Translations under genes and position numbers: made by a program | Assembly: GCA_030432615.1 (NCBI GenBank) | Contig: JAUIGT010000001.1 | Span: 1-54,637, forward strand | DNA: 54,637 nucleotides | Source: Verrucomicrobiia bacterium | Lineage (GTDB): Bacteria > Verrucomicrobiota > Verrucomicrobiia > Verrucomicrobiales > DEV007 | Direction: 5' to 3' | Notes under the pieces: model-generated | The model's input: the letters and a program-made list of their open reading frames with translations, nothing else | What the model was told of the DNA's origin: nothing | The model's database searches: none | Shown: positions 8,578 to 17,875 of the stretch, piece after piece | Position numbering within the stretch: the stretch's first letter is position 1 | Layout of the letters: each line of letters starts with the position of its first letter

Positions 8578-9672
8578 TCACTCTTCCGTGAGAAACCACC
8601 CGAGTGGGAGACTCTGGAACTTCCAGGACAACCGATCCGGCGCGCTGCGGAGGTAGTAGGTGAGCAGGACCCGGTCGGCGTGAAAGTCCACGCTGACATA
8701 GGAGTAGGTCAGCGCCGGGTCCGATTCGATCGCCTTCGCCGGCGACCAGGTCGCGCCCTCGTCGGTCGAGACCGACGCCACCAACGGGGTCCGTTCGCCG
8801 CCGTGGCTGTTCTCCGGATCGAGCGAGGGATTGTGAATCACGAGCCAACCTTTGCCCTCGGGCAGATTCGCCAACGTGGCGGGAGCCTCCGGCGAGGTCA
8901 CCGTCCACGGGCGGCCCTCGGACCAGGTGTCGCCACCGTCCTTCGATTCGGCGAACCATTGCCTGCCGGTCTGGGTGCGAATGACCTGGAGCAGGGTTCC
9001 GTCGGCCTTTTCGATCAAGCCCGGTTCCATCGCGCCCCGCTTGGGCGCGTTGACCTCCCCCGTCCCGCGACGCCAAGTGTGGCCACCGTCGTCGGACAGG
9101 TAACAGATCGTGCGGAAGCGATGGCCTTTTTCCCAGACCCGATCCGTGGTCGCCACCGGGCAGACCAGGCGACCACCGGACGTGAGCAGGACCCGCGCGT
9201 TGTTCATCACGTGGTAACCCGGTTCGGGCGTCACCAGGACCGGCTCGCTCCAGGTCTTGCCATCGTCGCCGGAACGCACCACGAGCACGTCGAGATCCTC
9301 GCGGGAGTGTTTCTCGAGGTAGAAGAGAAGCAGCTCGCCGGAATCGAGCCGGAGGAAACTGGCCGACATCACGTTTTCGGCCCCGGTGTTTTCCCGCAGG
9401 GTGAAGCGCTCACCCCAGGTGCGTCCGCCATCGACCGATCGCTTCGCGGAAATGCGGGCCGCCGAATCGTCGCGGCTGCCACCGTAGAATTCCGACCACG
9501 CCGCCAGCAGGGAGCCGTCCTCCAGCACGATGATATCGCCCTCGGAGTTTCGCGGACTCTCTGCGGTGGCCGGGGCGATGATCGTTTCGATTGTATCGTC
9601 CTTTTCCGACCCCCACCCGGGAACCAGCGACAGGACAAAAAAAGCGAGCCCGAGGAAAGAAAGTGTCTTCAC
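8578..9672 (-). CDS. BNR/Asp-box repeat glycosidase (sialidase-like, GH33-type)
   Basis: Five Asp-boxes: SVDGGRTW, SGDDGKTW, SDDGGHTW, SKDGGDTW, STDEGATW. I prefer the GTG start at 9672 (VKTLSFLGLAFFVLSLVPGWG signal peptide), preceded by GGGAGG 7 nt upstream. The track ORF extends to 9783. Confidence 0.8.
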   Translation of the reverse strand: MKTLSFLGLAFFVLSLVPGWGSEKDDTIETIIAPATAESPRNSEGDIIVLEDGSLLAAWSEFYGGSRDDSAARISAKRSVDGGRTWGERFTLRENTGAENVMSASFLRLDSGELLLFYLEKHSREDLDVLVVRSGDDGKTWSEPVLVTPEPGYHVMNNARVLLTSGGRLVCPVATTDRVWEKGHRFRTICYLSDDGGHTWRRGTGEVNAPKRGAMEPGLIEKADGTLLQVIRTQTGRQWFAESKDGGDTWSEGRPWTVTSPEAPATLANLPEGKGWLVIHNPSLDPENSHGGERTPLVASVSTDEGATWSPAKAIESDPALTYSYVSVDFHADRVLLTYYLRSAPDRLSWKFQSLPLGWFLTEE

Positions 9673-9803
9673 CCGGCAAGCCTCCCGCTCTCTCGAGAAA
9701 ACGAAACGTCCGGGAACGCGGATTTGCCGTGACTTTCCCTCCCGTTCTGCTGTCCTAAGCGGCGGAACCGTTTTTCTGAACATCCAACCAGAGGAACAAA
9801 CTC

Positions 9804-10256
9804 ATGCTCAAAGAATTCAAGGAGTTCGCCTTCAAGGGCAATCTCATGGACATGGCCGTCGGCATCATCATCGGGGGCGCCTTCGGCACCGTCGTGAAGA
9901 GCCTCGTCGATGATGTGGTCATGCCGATCATCGGACTCATCACCGGCGGCATCGATTTCAGTGATCGATTTGCCGTCCTGAAACGGCCCGAAGGAGCCGA
10001 AGACGCGGTGTATTTCACGGCCGATGCCGCCAAGGAAGCGGGCGCCACCGTGATGACTTGGGGGAATTTCATCACCGCCTTCATCAGCTTCCTCATCGTC
10101 GCCTTCGTGCTCTTCCTCATTCTGAAGAAGTTCGTGGCCGCCCTGGAGGAACGCCTCGCCAAACCGGAAGAGGAGAAAAAGGAAGAACCGGAAATCTCCG
10201 AGGACATCCAGTTGCTCACGGAGATCCGCGACCTGCTCAAGGAAGGCAAGGCCTGA
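9804..10256 (+). CDS. mscL: Large-conductance mechanosensitive channel MscL
   Basis: 150 aa. [44 protein letters not shown] is a canonical MscL N-terminus. GAGGAA ribosome-binding site upstream. Confidence 0.95.
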   Translation: MLKEFKEFAFKGNLMDMAVGIIIGGAFGTVVKSLVDDVVMPIIGLITGGIDFSDRFAVLKRPEGAEDAVYFTADAAKEAGATVMTWGNFITAFISFLIVAFVLFLILKKFVAALEERLAKPEEEKKEEPEISEDIQLLTEIRDLLKEGKA

Positions 10257-10292
10257 GCGCACCTCTCCAGAGCGATCGCTCAACCTTTTCGG

Positions 10293-10336
10293 AAGCGCGC
10301 ACTCCGGCGACCTCGCCGGGTGCGCGCTTTCCTTTG
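10293..10336 (+). terminator. Rho-independent terminator downstream of mscL
   Basis: A long GC-rich hairpin of about 16 bp with one bulge (aagcgcgcac tccggcga cc tcgccgg gtgcgcgctt), followed by tcctttg. Confidence 0.6.
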
Positions 10337-10368
10337 AAGTCGCACGAGTCCCGCCCAATACTCTGGCC

Positions 10369-11010
10369 ATGCAAAAGACCCTTCTCTGCTTCGGTGATTC
10401 CAATACCTGGGGTTTCATTCCCGGAACCGAGTGCGAACGCTACGCCCCCGACGTCCGCTGGCCAGGCGTGATGGCCGCCGCGCTGGGCGAGGGTTTTCGC
10501 GTCGTCGAGGAGGCCCAGAACGGGCGGATGACGGCGTGGGACGATCCCTGCGAGCCCTTCGTCAACAAGTGCGGCGCGACCCATCTGCCGGTGGTGCTGG
10601 AATCGCAGAAACCGATCGACCTGGCGATCCTCATGCTCGGCACCAACGATCTCAAGAATCACATGAATCACAACGCCGTCGCCATCGCCGATGGCATGGG
10701 CGCCCTCGTGGACATCGTGCTCGCCAGCGACGCCGGCCCGGGCAAGGCGGCCCCGAAAGTTCTCGTGGTCGCGCCCGTACCCACCGCCCAGGGCCAGTGC
10801 CCCTTCGGCCATCTCTTCGACCACGCGGTCATCCTTTCCCGCGAACTGGCTGCCGCCTATCGCGAGGTGGCCGAGGATCGCGGGGTCGCCTTTCTCGACG
10901 CCGGGGAGTTCGCCGAATGCCCGGATACCGACTGCATCCACATCGACGACATCGGCCACGCGGCTCTCGGGAAGGCGATGGCGGACAAGGTGCGAATCCT
11001 GCTTGGCTGA
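10369..11010 (+). CDS. SGNH/GDSL hydrolase family esterase
   Basis: 213 aa. Block I LLCFGDSNTWGF, LGTNDL block, C-terminal DxxH (DCIHIDDIGH). Confidence 0.8.
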   Translation: MQKTLLCFGDSNTWGFIPGTECERYAPDVRWPGVMAAALGEGFRVVEEAQNGRMTAWDDPCEPFVNKCGATHLPVVLESQKPIDLAILMLGTNDLKNHMNHNAVAIADGMGALVDIVLASDAGPGKAAPKVLVVAPVPTAQGQCPFGHLFDHAVILSRELAAAYREVAEDRGVAFLDAGEFAECPDTDCIHIDDIGHAALGKAMADKVRILLG

Positions 11011-11029
11011 GCTTTCCGCAGCTCCCGCT

Positions 11030-12328
11030 TCAATCGATTTTCCGCAGCAGGATGATACGGTTGGTGTTGGTGCCCTTCTTCCGGTTGTCGATCCCCCAGC
11101 AGTTCGCGGTCTTGGTGAATTCCTGGTCGTTGACCAGCACCAGTTCCGCCTGCAGTCCCGCCTTCGCCGCCGCCGGCACCACCAGGGTTTCCATCAACAG
11201 CGCGCCGCCGCGCACCTCGCCGACCTCGAACGCGATGCGGCCTTCGGGTTTCAAGACCCGCCGAAGCTCCTGGAAGACGCCGGTCATGGCGTTGCTCCAG
11301 CGATCCTCGCGATTCAGCTGCCAGATCGAGATGGCGGAGGCATCGAAGCCGTTGAACCAGCAGCGCAGCCAGTTGTCCCGCTGGTAATCGACCACGTCGA
11401 GAAACGGCGGCGAGGTCACCACCAGGGAAACGCTGTTCGCGGCGAGACCGGGCGTGTCATCGGCGCAAGCGGTCACCAGCCGGGATCGTTTTCCGCTCTC
11501 CCGGATGACTTTCCGCTGCTCGGCGGAGACCCGGTTCAGCAACGTGCGGGTTTTCTTGAGCAGGATGGGAATGATCTCCCGCCGCGGCGGAACCTGGTTC
11601 CGCTTTTCGTTGATCTTGCGCTGCGACTCTACCGAGGTCGCCTGGTTCGGCGGCAGGGTATAGACCGAAAAGAATCCGGCGGAGTGTCCGGTGAGCCGAT
11701 TCGTCGCCACCATGCGAATCCAGGCATCGATGGCGTCGAGCTCTCCGGACGCTTCCCGTTCGAGCAGGTATTCCCGCAACAAAGAGAGTTCGCGCAAGGT
11801 CTCGGGGTGGTAGAACACCAGCAGCTCGGTAGGCAGCTCGACCGGCTTGCCATCGAGGGAAAGCGATTCGAGTCGCGCCTCCACCTCCGCGATTTCCGGC
11901 GGCGCGAGGCGCGGGGCCAGCAGGATACGGCTCAGCGGATTGATGTCGCACCCCGCCGGGCTCCGCCCCAGCAGCGCCGCCTCCAGCAAGGTGGTCCCCC
12001 GCCCCATGAAGGGATCGTAGACAACCTCGCCCGGCCCGGTGAGACGCTCGATGAAGAAGCGGGGCAACTGCGGCTTGAAGCAGGCGCGATAGGAAATCTC
12101 GTGCAGGGAACAGGCGGCCCGCTGCTTCGCGGTCCAGAACTCGTTCACGTAGACCGGCACCTCCACCGCCGGATCGGGAAACTCCGCAACCACCGTTTCC
12201 TTGCCAAAATCCTGGAACGACCGGAGTTCCTCCTCGAAGGAAGCCAGCTTCGCGGACGACTCCTGGTCGGGCGCACGATTCCGCAGGGCCATGCCCAGTT
12301 CCAACTGCCGGGGATCCGTCTTCCTCAT
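11030..12328 (-). CDS. SAM-dependent DNA methyltransferase (N6-adenine/N4-cytosine type), motif I before motif IV
   Basis: ATG at 12328..12326 overlaps the mutM TGA (ATGA). It encodes 432 aa starting MRKTDPRQ. Motif I-like VVYDPFMGRGTTLLEAALLGRSPAGCDINP comes first, followed further on by motif IV-like LVVTSPPFLDVVDY. The rest of the 581-aa track ORF lies out of frame over mutM. Confidence 0.75.
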   Translation of the reverse strand: MRKTDPRQLELGMALRNRAPDQESSAKLASFEEELRSFQDFGKETVVAEFPDPAVEVPVYVNEFWTAKQRAACSLHEISYRACFKPQLPRFFIERLTGPGEVVYDPFMGRGTTLLEAALLGRSPAGCDINPLSRILLAPRLAPPEIAEVEARLESLSLDGKPVELPTELLVFYHPETLRELSLLREYLLEREASGELDAIDAWIRMVATNRLTGHSAGFFSVYTLPPNQATSVESQRKINEKRNQVPPRREIIPILLKKTRTLLNRVSAEQRKVIRESGKRSRLVTACADDTPGLAANSVSLVVTSPPFLDVVDYQRDNWLRCWFNGFDASAISIWQLNREDRWSNAMTGVFQELRRVLKPEGRIAFEVGEVRGGALLMETLVVPAAAKAGLQAELVLVNDQEFTKTANCWGIDNRKKGTNTNRIILLRKID

Positions 12329-13161
12329 CACCGTGTTTCCGTTCGAAGGGTGGTCTCTCCCTGGCAACGAGGACACCAGCAGGTCGTGCGTCCGCGCAGG
12401 TCGGCCCGGACCAGCTCGGCGCCACAGCCCTTGCGCGGGCATTGGTGATCCTTCTCCCAGCGATGGTTGAACAGCCAGCTGTCCGGCGGATCGCTCCAGT
12501 CCTTCCCGATCACCCGCAGGGCCTGCCGTGCCACCAGGCGAACCGTCTTCCAAAGCTCCGCGGCTTCCCGCTCGGAAACCTCGCCCGCGGGCCGCGCCGG
12601 ATGCCAGCGCAGGCGCCAGCAGATCTCGTCGGCCATCCAGTTGCCGATACCGGGAAACATGGCCTGGTCCAGGAGCAGGGTCTTGATCGGCGTTTTCCCG
12701 CGGCGCTGGAGAAACGCGAACAGTCGGTCCTTGGTGAATCCCTTGCCCGAAACCTCCGGAGGCAGTTCCCGCCACCAGTCCGGCGGCTGATCGCCACTGA
12801 CCTCGAAGCGGATCCGCCCGAACATGCGCGGATCACAAAACACCAGCGCCACGGTCTCCAGGAAGAGGACGAGATGATCGTGCTTGCCCGGCTCGAATCC
12901 CACCACGGGCTCGCTCCGGAGACTTCCCGTCATCCCGAGGTGCCCCCCCAGCCAGGCACCGCCCGAAAAGCGGAAGAGCAGGTTTTTCCCGTGGCTGAAA
13001 CTGGAGAGGAATCGCTGTCCCCGGAGCCGTCGGCGAATCAGGGCCGGGCTGGTCTCGCGAAAAATCCGGGCGTTCTCGTGGAGACGAACCCTGACGACTT
13101 CCTCGTCCAGTCCCGGGTTCCATTCCTTCCGGAAAAATTCGACTTCAGCGAGTTCGGGCAT
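12328..13161 (-). CDS. mutM: Formamidopyrimidine-DNA glycosylase (Fpg/Nei family)
   Basis: 277 aa. N-terminal MPELAEVE (catalytic Pro2/Glu3 context), H2TH region, C-terminal zinc finger CPRKGCGAELVRADLRGRTTCWCPRCQ. Confidence 0.85.
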   Translation of the reverse strand: MPELAEVEFFRKEWNPGLDEEVVRVRLHENARIFRETSPALIRRRLRGQRFLSSFSHGKNLLFRFSGGAWLGGHLGMTGSLRSEPVVGFEPGKHDHLVLFLETVALVFCDPRMFGRIRFEVSGDQPPDWWRELPPEVSGKGFTKDRLFAFLQRRGKTPIKTLLLDQAMFPGIGNWMADEICWRLRWHPARPAGEVSEREAAELWKTVRLVARQALRVIGKDWSDPPDSWLFNHRWEKDHQCPRKGCGAELVRADLRGRTTCWCPRCQGETTLRTETR

Positions 13162-13233
13162 CGGCGGAGGTTACGACCGGGCACTCGATGGCGAAAGCCG
13201 AAACCGAATGGAAACCGTACCCTGTTGACTCGC

Positions 13234-13254
13234 GGACTCGACCCTGTCGAGTCC
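13234..13254 (-). terminator. Possible terminator hairpin downstream of the TPR gene
   Basis: ggactcga-ccctg-tcgagtcc forms an 8-bp perfect stem. Only a weak T-rich tail on the minus strand. Confidence 0.3.
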
Positions 13255-13258
13255 CGCC

Positions 13259-15244
13259 TCAAGCCGCCTTTTTCGGCGCGTCGGCCTCGCCGGGTGCCGG
13301 GGGAGTCTCCCCGGACTTCTTGGGAACGGCGGGCGCCTCCTTCTCGAAAGCTTCCAGTCGAGTCTTGAACTCCGCGTTCTCGGGATCCAGTTCCACCGCC
13401 TTGCGCATGTACTCGATCGCCTGGGTCCACTCCTCGAGCTTGGCGAAGGTCTGGGCGAGGTGGTCGTAGATGACGCCATCCGGCTCTTCCACCATCTGCT
13501 CCGCCTTGAGCAGCTCGCGCTTGGCTTCCTCGTACTGCCCCTTCTTGAAGTAGAACCAGCCGAGACTGTCGGTGATGGCGCCGGAATCGGGCACGATGGA
13601 CAGGGCCTCCTTGATCAGTTCTCCCGCCTCGTCGAGGTTCCGGTCGTTCTCCAGCCACATGTAGCCGAGGTAGTTGTAGACTTCGGCGCGAAGCGCCTGG
13701 GCCCGTTCGTCCTCGATGTCCATCTTGGCCAGCTGCTCCATGCTGGTCCGGAACAGGTTGGACGCCCGATCGATGTCGCCGTCGCGCTCGACCGCCGCCC
13801 CGTAGCGGTAGTAGAAAACCGCATCGAGCAGATCCGGCTGGGACTGGCTGGCCAGTTCCACGGTTTTTTCGAACCAGGGGATGGCGTCGGAATACCGCTG
13901 CTGCCGGGCGTAGGCGAAGGTGAGCAGGAAAGGCAGACGCGGGTCGTCGGGGTGCAGGTAGGCGCCGCGCTCGAGAAAGGGAATGGCATCGTCGGCCATC
14001 TCGGCGCCGAAGATGATCATCCGCCCGATGGCGTCATATTCTTCGGCGGTCCCGGAGGTCAGGCGCATGGCTTCGCGGAAATGCTTGGAGGCCTTGTCGT
14101 AGTCCTCCCGCCCGATGAAGATCCGCCCGAGTTCGCGGTGGGTGTCGGCATCCTGTGGATTGATCTCCACGATGCCTTCGAGCGTGGCGATGACGTCGTC
14201 CTCGCGACCGAGGGCTCCATAGACGCGGGCCAGCTTTTCCCGGATCTCGACGTGATCGGGGAAATCCTTCACCAACTGCCGAAAAATCTCGAGGGCTCGC
14301 TCCGGCTGCTGGGAGTCGTGAAAGTAATCGGCGACGCTCTCGCGGACATAGGCGTTGTCGGTTCCCCGCTCGAGGGCTTTTTCGAAAATTCCATTGATGA
14401 TGGAGGGCGATTTCTGCTCGGGATCGAGCGGCCAAATTCGCTGGGCCACACGGCCGAGCCGAATGTAGAACATGGGATTCTTCTCGTTGCGCTCCAACGC
14501 TCGCATCACGGTGTCGCGCGCCTGGTCCAGCTTGCGATCGAGCAACTGCATGCGCACGAGGTGCTCCCAGGCCGCCGGGTGCCAGGCGTAGTTTTCCACC
14601 GCCTCCTCCGCCAACCGCATCGCCTCCGCCCGCACGTCGCTCTCATCCGGAAGAAAGGTCACCAGGTATTCGGACAAGGTGATGGCGGCGCGCGGCGAGT
14701 GGTGGTTGGCCCGATAGGCACTTTCCAGCACTTGGCGGCCTTCCTCGCGATCGCCGGCTTGGGCGAGCAGGTAGGCGACCTTGCGCGCCAACGCGACCTC
14801 CCCGGGAGCAATGTCGAGCACGTCCCGAAATGCGCTGATGGCCTCGGGAAGCTTTTCCTGCGCTTCGAGGCTGAGGCCGATCGAATAATGCGCCAGCGCC
14901 TCGGCACGGCGTTCTCCGGCACTCTCGAGCTTCAAGTTTTCCTCGGGCTCGAAATAGCGATCGACGTAGATCTCCGCGAACCGGCCGAAGCCGTTCGTCT
15001 CTCCTCCTCCCTCGGCGGCGCGAAGGATACCCCCGACCGTAAGCAGCCCCAACGCCGTCAGCAGCGCCAAGAACCGCACTGTCGTCGCACGGAACGAGAC
15101 AGGCGAGGCGGGCACGAACCACTCCGGGCGGAGTTTCCGAAATCGAGGTACGAACATGCCCCAAAGTCGCGGCCCCTCAGGCGGGTGCAACTCCGAAATA
15201 TCCCCTCGACCACGCCAGTGGTCGCGGGGTCCGGGCACATTCAT
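13259..15244 (-). CDS. Tetratricopeptide-repeat protein with an N-terminal membrane anchor
   Basis: 661 aa. TM segment VRFLALLTALGLLTVGGIL, then many TPR-like A/Y/L-periodic repeats. An alternative start at M30 (15157) is possible. Confidence 0.75.
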   Translation of the reverse strand: MNVPGPRDHWRGRGDISELHPPEGPRLWGMFVPRFRKLRPEWFVPASPVSFRATTVRFLALLTALGLLTVGGILRAAEGGGETNGFGRFAEIYVDRYFEPEENLKLESAGERRAEALAHYSIGLSLEAQEKLPEAISAFRDVLDIAPGEVALARKVAYLLAQAGDREEGRQVLESAYRANHHSPRAAITLSEYLVTFLPDESDVRAEAMRLAEEAVENYAWHPAAWEHLVRMQLLDRKLDQARDTVMRALERNEKNPMFYIRLGRVAQRIWPLDPEQKSPSIINGIFEKALERGTDNAYVRESVADYFHDSQQPERALEIFRQLVKDFPDHVEIREKLARVYGALGREDDVIATLEGIVEINPQDADTHRELGRIFIGREDYDKASKHFREAMRLTSGTAEEYDAIGRMIIFGAEMADDAIPFLERGAYLHPDDPRLPFLLTFAYARQQRYSDAIPWFEKTVELASQSQPDLLDAVFYYRYGAAVERDGDIDRASNLFRTSMEQLAKMDIEDERAQALRAEVYNYLGYMWLENDRNLDEAGELIKEALSIVPDSGAITDSLGWFYFKKGQYEEAKRELLKAEQMVEEPDGVIYDHLAQTFAKLEEWTQAIEYMRKAVELDPENAEFKTRLEAFEKEAPAVPKKSGETPPAPGEADAPKKAA

Positions 15245-15260
15245 GTCAACAAGCCAGCAG

Positions 15261-15365
15261 TCAGCTCTTGTAACGCAGGCGCTTCTTGTGGCGATTCGCC
15301 TTCATGCGCTTGCGACGCTTGTGCTTGTTGATCTTGGTCTTTCGTCTCTTCTTGAGCGAACCCAT
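15261..15365 (-). CDS. Small basic protein, bS22 / AURKAIP1-COX24-like (34 aa)
   Basis: Below the ORF-track length cutoff. My translation is MGSLKKRRKTKINKHKRRKRMKANRHKKRLRYKS, followed by a stop. It resembles mycobacterial bS22 (MGSVIKKRRKRM..KKKHRKLL). Confidence 0.7.
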   Translation of the reverse strand: MGSLKKRRKTKINKHKRRKRMKANRHKKRLRYKS

Positions 15366-15441
15366 GTGTCTTGGTTACCTCGGTTGGTTTAGATGCGGCG
15401 ACTGCCCTCGTGTTTCGGCGGGCAAATCGCCGCGAATCACG

Positions 15442-15468
15442 AAAAAACGAGGCGGTCAGATGACCACC
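15442..15468 (-). terminator. Possible intrinsic terminator overlapping the hisG stop codon
   Basis: On the minus strand, ggtggtca/tgaccgcc pair (7-8 bp, one G-U) and are followed by tcgtttttt. The stop codon lies inside the stem. Confidence 0.45.
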
Positions 15469-16340
15469 TTGTTGAGGGGATACTCGATGATTCCCTCGGC
15501 GCCAAGCGCCTTCAGTTCAGGAATCAGATCCCGCACCGTTTTTTCGTCCGCGACGGTTTCCACCGCCACCCAGCCTTCGGAGGTCAGGTGCGAGACAGTC
15601 GGTAAGCGGAGGGAAGGTAAGCAGTCGAGGACTTTCTGCAACTGATTTTCCGGCAGGTTCATTTTCAACCCCACCATGTCGCGGGCCTGGAGAGCGGACT
15701 GGAGCAGCACCGAGAGGCGCTGGATCTTCTCCCGCTTCCAGTCGTCGGCCCAGGCATCCCGATTGGCAACGAGTTGGGGATAGCTCTCCATCAGGGTATC
15801 CACGATCCGCAGGTTGTTCGCCCGGAGCGAGGAACCGGTCTCGGTGATATCGACGATGGCATCGACGAGGTCCGGTACTTTCACCTCGGTGGCACCCCAA
15901 CTGAATTCGACCTCGGCCTTGACTCCCTTCTCCTCGAGGTAGCGCTCCACCAAGCCGGTCGCCTCCGCGGCGATCCGCTTGCCCTGGAGATCCTGCACGC
16001 TCTGGATCGGCGAATCATTCGGCACCACCAGCACCCAGCGGGTGGGATTGGCGGTCGCCTTGCTGTAGCGGAGGTCGCAGACCACCTCCACCTCGGCGCC
16101 GTTCTCGGCGATCCAGTCCTTCCCGGTGATGCCGCAGTCGAGGAAACCGTGATCGACGTAGCGACCGATCTCCTGCGCGCGGATGAGCCGGATCGCCATC
16201 TCGGGATCATCGATGGACGGCTTGTAGGAACGGGAAGCGCCGTGGATCTGGTAGCCGGCCTTGGCGAAAAGATCGAGGGTCGGCTCGCTGAGGCTGCCTT
16301 TGGGCAGCCCGATTCTGAGGATCGAGTTGGCTTCGGACAT
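15456..16340 (-). CDS. hisG: ATP phosphoribosyltransferase, long form
   Basis: 294 aa. [24 protein letters not shown]-terminus and a C-terminal regulatory domain. Confidence 0.9.
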   Translation of the reverse strand: MSEANSILRIGLPKGSLSEPTLDLFAKAGYQIHGASRSYKPSIDDPEMAIRLIRAQEIGRYVDHGFLDCGITGKDWIAENGAEVEVVCDLRYSKATANPTRWVLVVPNDSPIQSVQDLQGKRIAAEATGLVERYLEEKGVKAEVEFSWGATEVKVPDLVDAIVDITETGSSLRANNLRIVDTLMESYPQLVANRDAWADDWKREKIQRLSVLLQSALQARDMVGLKMNLPENQLQKVLDCLPSLRLPTVSHLTSEGWVAVETVADEKTVRDLIPELKALGAEGIIEYPLNKVVI

Positions 16341-16461
16341 GGCGGTGTTTTTGGACGATTGAAAGGAGGCGCCATGCGGCGACTCGCGATCGCGCGATTC
16401 ACGGCATGGAGGGGCCTACCATGGCCACAAATCGCGAACTGTCACCCGAGAATCTCGCCGG

Positions 16462-16506
16462 AAAAAACAGAAGGCCGCGAGACGCTGTGGCAAGCGCCCC
16501 GCGGCC
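16462..16506 (-). terminator. Rho-independent terminator downstream of the DUF1501 gene
   Basis: On the minus strand, ggccgcg...cgcggcc stem with further internal pairing, followed by ttctgtttttt. Confidence 0.6.
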
Positions 16507-16535
16507 AACCGCGAAATCGGGATCGCAAAAAACGA

Positions 16536-17816
16536 TCAGGCGAACAGCTTGGTCGCCGGCTTGCCGTCGTTGGCGAAGGTGAACGGGCGGCGGCTCGGCG
16601 AATAGATGGTCTGTTCGAGCGGAACCCCGAGACCGTAGCCGATGGTGGCGAGGAAATCCTCGGGACGCATCGGATCGCTGGCCACTTTCTTGCCGTACTT
16701 GTCGGTCGAGCCGTAGACCTGTCCGCCCTTGATGCCTCCACCCGCCAGCATGGACGAGTAGGCGGCCGGGTAGTGGTCGCGGCCCGAGTTCATGTTGATA
16801 TTCGGCGTGCGGCCGAACTCGGTTCCGACGGCAACCATGGTCGACTCAAGGAGTCCCCGCTCGGAGAGGTCCTGGAGAAGGGTCGAGAGAGCCTGGTCGA
16901 GTTCGGGAACCCGAGCCTGCAGGGCGGTATCGACATTCAGGTGCATATCCCAGCCACCGGAGACGACCTCGATGACGCGGACGCCGTTTTCGACCAGGCG
17001 GCGGGCCAGCAGGCATCCCTGGCCGAGGCGGCCCATGCCATACTGCTCGCGCATCGATTCGCCGCTCAGATCGAAGACGCTGAGTTCATCACTCTTCAGC
17101 AGAGTGGTGGCCTGGTCGTAGTATTCGACATAACTCTTCGGCCCGTTGTACTTGAACTTCTCCACGAACTTCTGCCCCAGGGACTGGGCGATTTCCATGC
17201 GCCGTGAGAAACGCTCCTCGTCCGTCAGCAGGTTGGTGTTGGGAACACCACCCGTCGGATCCGCGATCGGAAGCGGACTCAGGGAGGGGTCGAGATACCC
17301 CGCGTTGGAGGTACTCTGACCGACCACCACACTGTCGGGAAGGATTTCCCCGCGGTGCCCGAGCAGTTCCTCGGCGAACGGTCCCATGGTCGGGTGAACG
17401 ATGGTGGAACGCTTGTTGTAGCCGGTCCGCATGATGTACTGGCCCTGCTCGTGGGCGCCATTGGTCGAGAACATGCTGTTGATGACGGCGATCTTGTCAC
17501 CGTGCTTGGCGAGGTTCTCGAAATGGTTCCCCAGCTTCACCGGATCAGCGTTGGTGTCGATCCGGGTGGAGCTGCCCATCACACTGTCGCTGGTCTTCGG
17601 ATCGAAGGTATCCAGATGGCTCATGCCACCCGACAGGTAGATGTAGATGAGGCTCTTGGCCTTTCCACCACCGCCCTCCTGGGCATTGGCTTTGCGGGGA
17701 GCATTGAGGAACGGGAGCCCCAGACCAACCCCGAGGGTGGACTTGGCGGTGTGCTCCATGAAGCGCCGGCGATTGATTTGGCTCTTGCCGGCCAGGTCGA
17801 TGAGTTGATGAATCAT
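16536..17816 (-). CDS. DUF1501 family (sulfatase-like) TAT-exported protein
   Basis: 426 aa. TAT-like QINRRRFMEHTAKSTLGVGLG. Conserved blocks YLSGGMSHLDTFDPK and EFGRTPNINMNSGRDH are typical of planctomycete/verrucomicrobial DUF1501. Confidence 0.85.
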   Translation of the reverse strand: MIHQLIDLAGKSQINRRRFMEHTAKSTLGVGLGLPFLNAPRKANAQEGGGGKAKSLIYIYLSGGMSHLDTFDPKTSDSVMGSSTRIDTNADPVKLGNHFENLAKHGDKIAVINSMFSTNGAHEQGQYIMRTGYNKRSTIVHPTMGPFAEELLGHRGEILPDSVVVGQSTSNAGYLDPSLSPLPIADPTGGVPNTNLLTDEERFSRRMEIAQSLGQKFVEKFKYNGPKSYVEYYDQATTLLKSDELSVFDLSGESMREQYGMGRLGQGCLLARRLVENGVRVIEVVSGGWDMHLNVDTALQARVPELDQALSTLLQDLSERGLLESTMVAVGTEFGRTPNINMNSGRDHYPAAYSSMLAGGGIKGGQVYGSTDKYGKKVASDPMRPEDFLATIGYGLGVPLEQTIYSPSRRPFTFANDGKPATKLFA

Positions 17817-17875
17817 GGCTGAAAAGGTGGGATTGAGAGACAGACTGGGAGTTTTCGGAGAGAAAATCGGTTGGC

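Noticed and set aside
10369-13161. Restriction-modification or other defence system around the DNA methyltransferase
   Set aside because: No endonuclease, specificity subunit, helicase or ATPase gene is adjacent. The neighbours are a GDSL esterase and mutM, and the local composition looks like the rest of the window. I treat it as an orphan methyltransferase.
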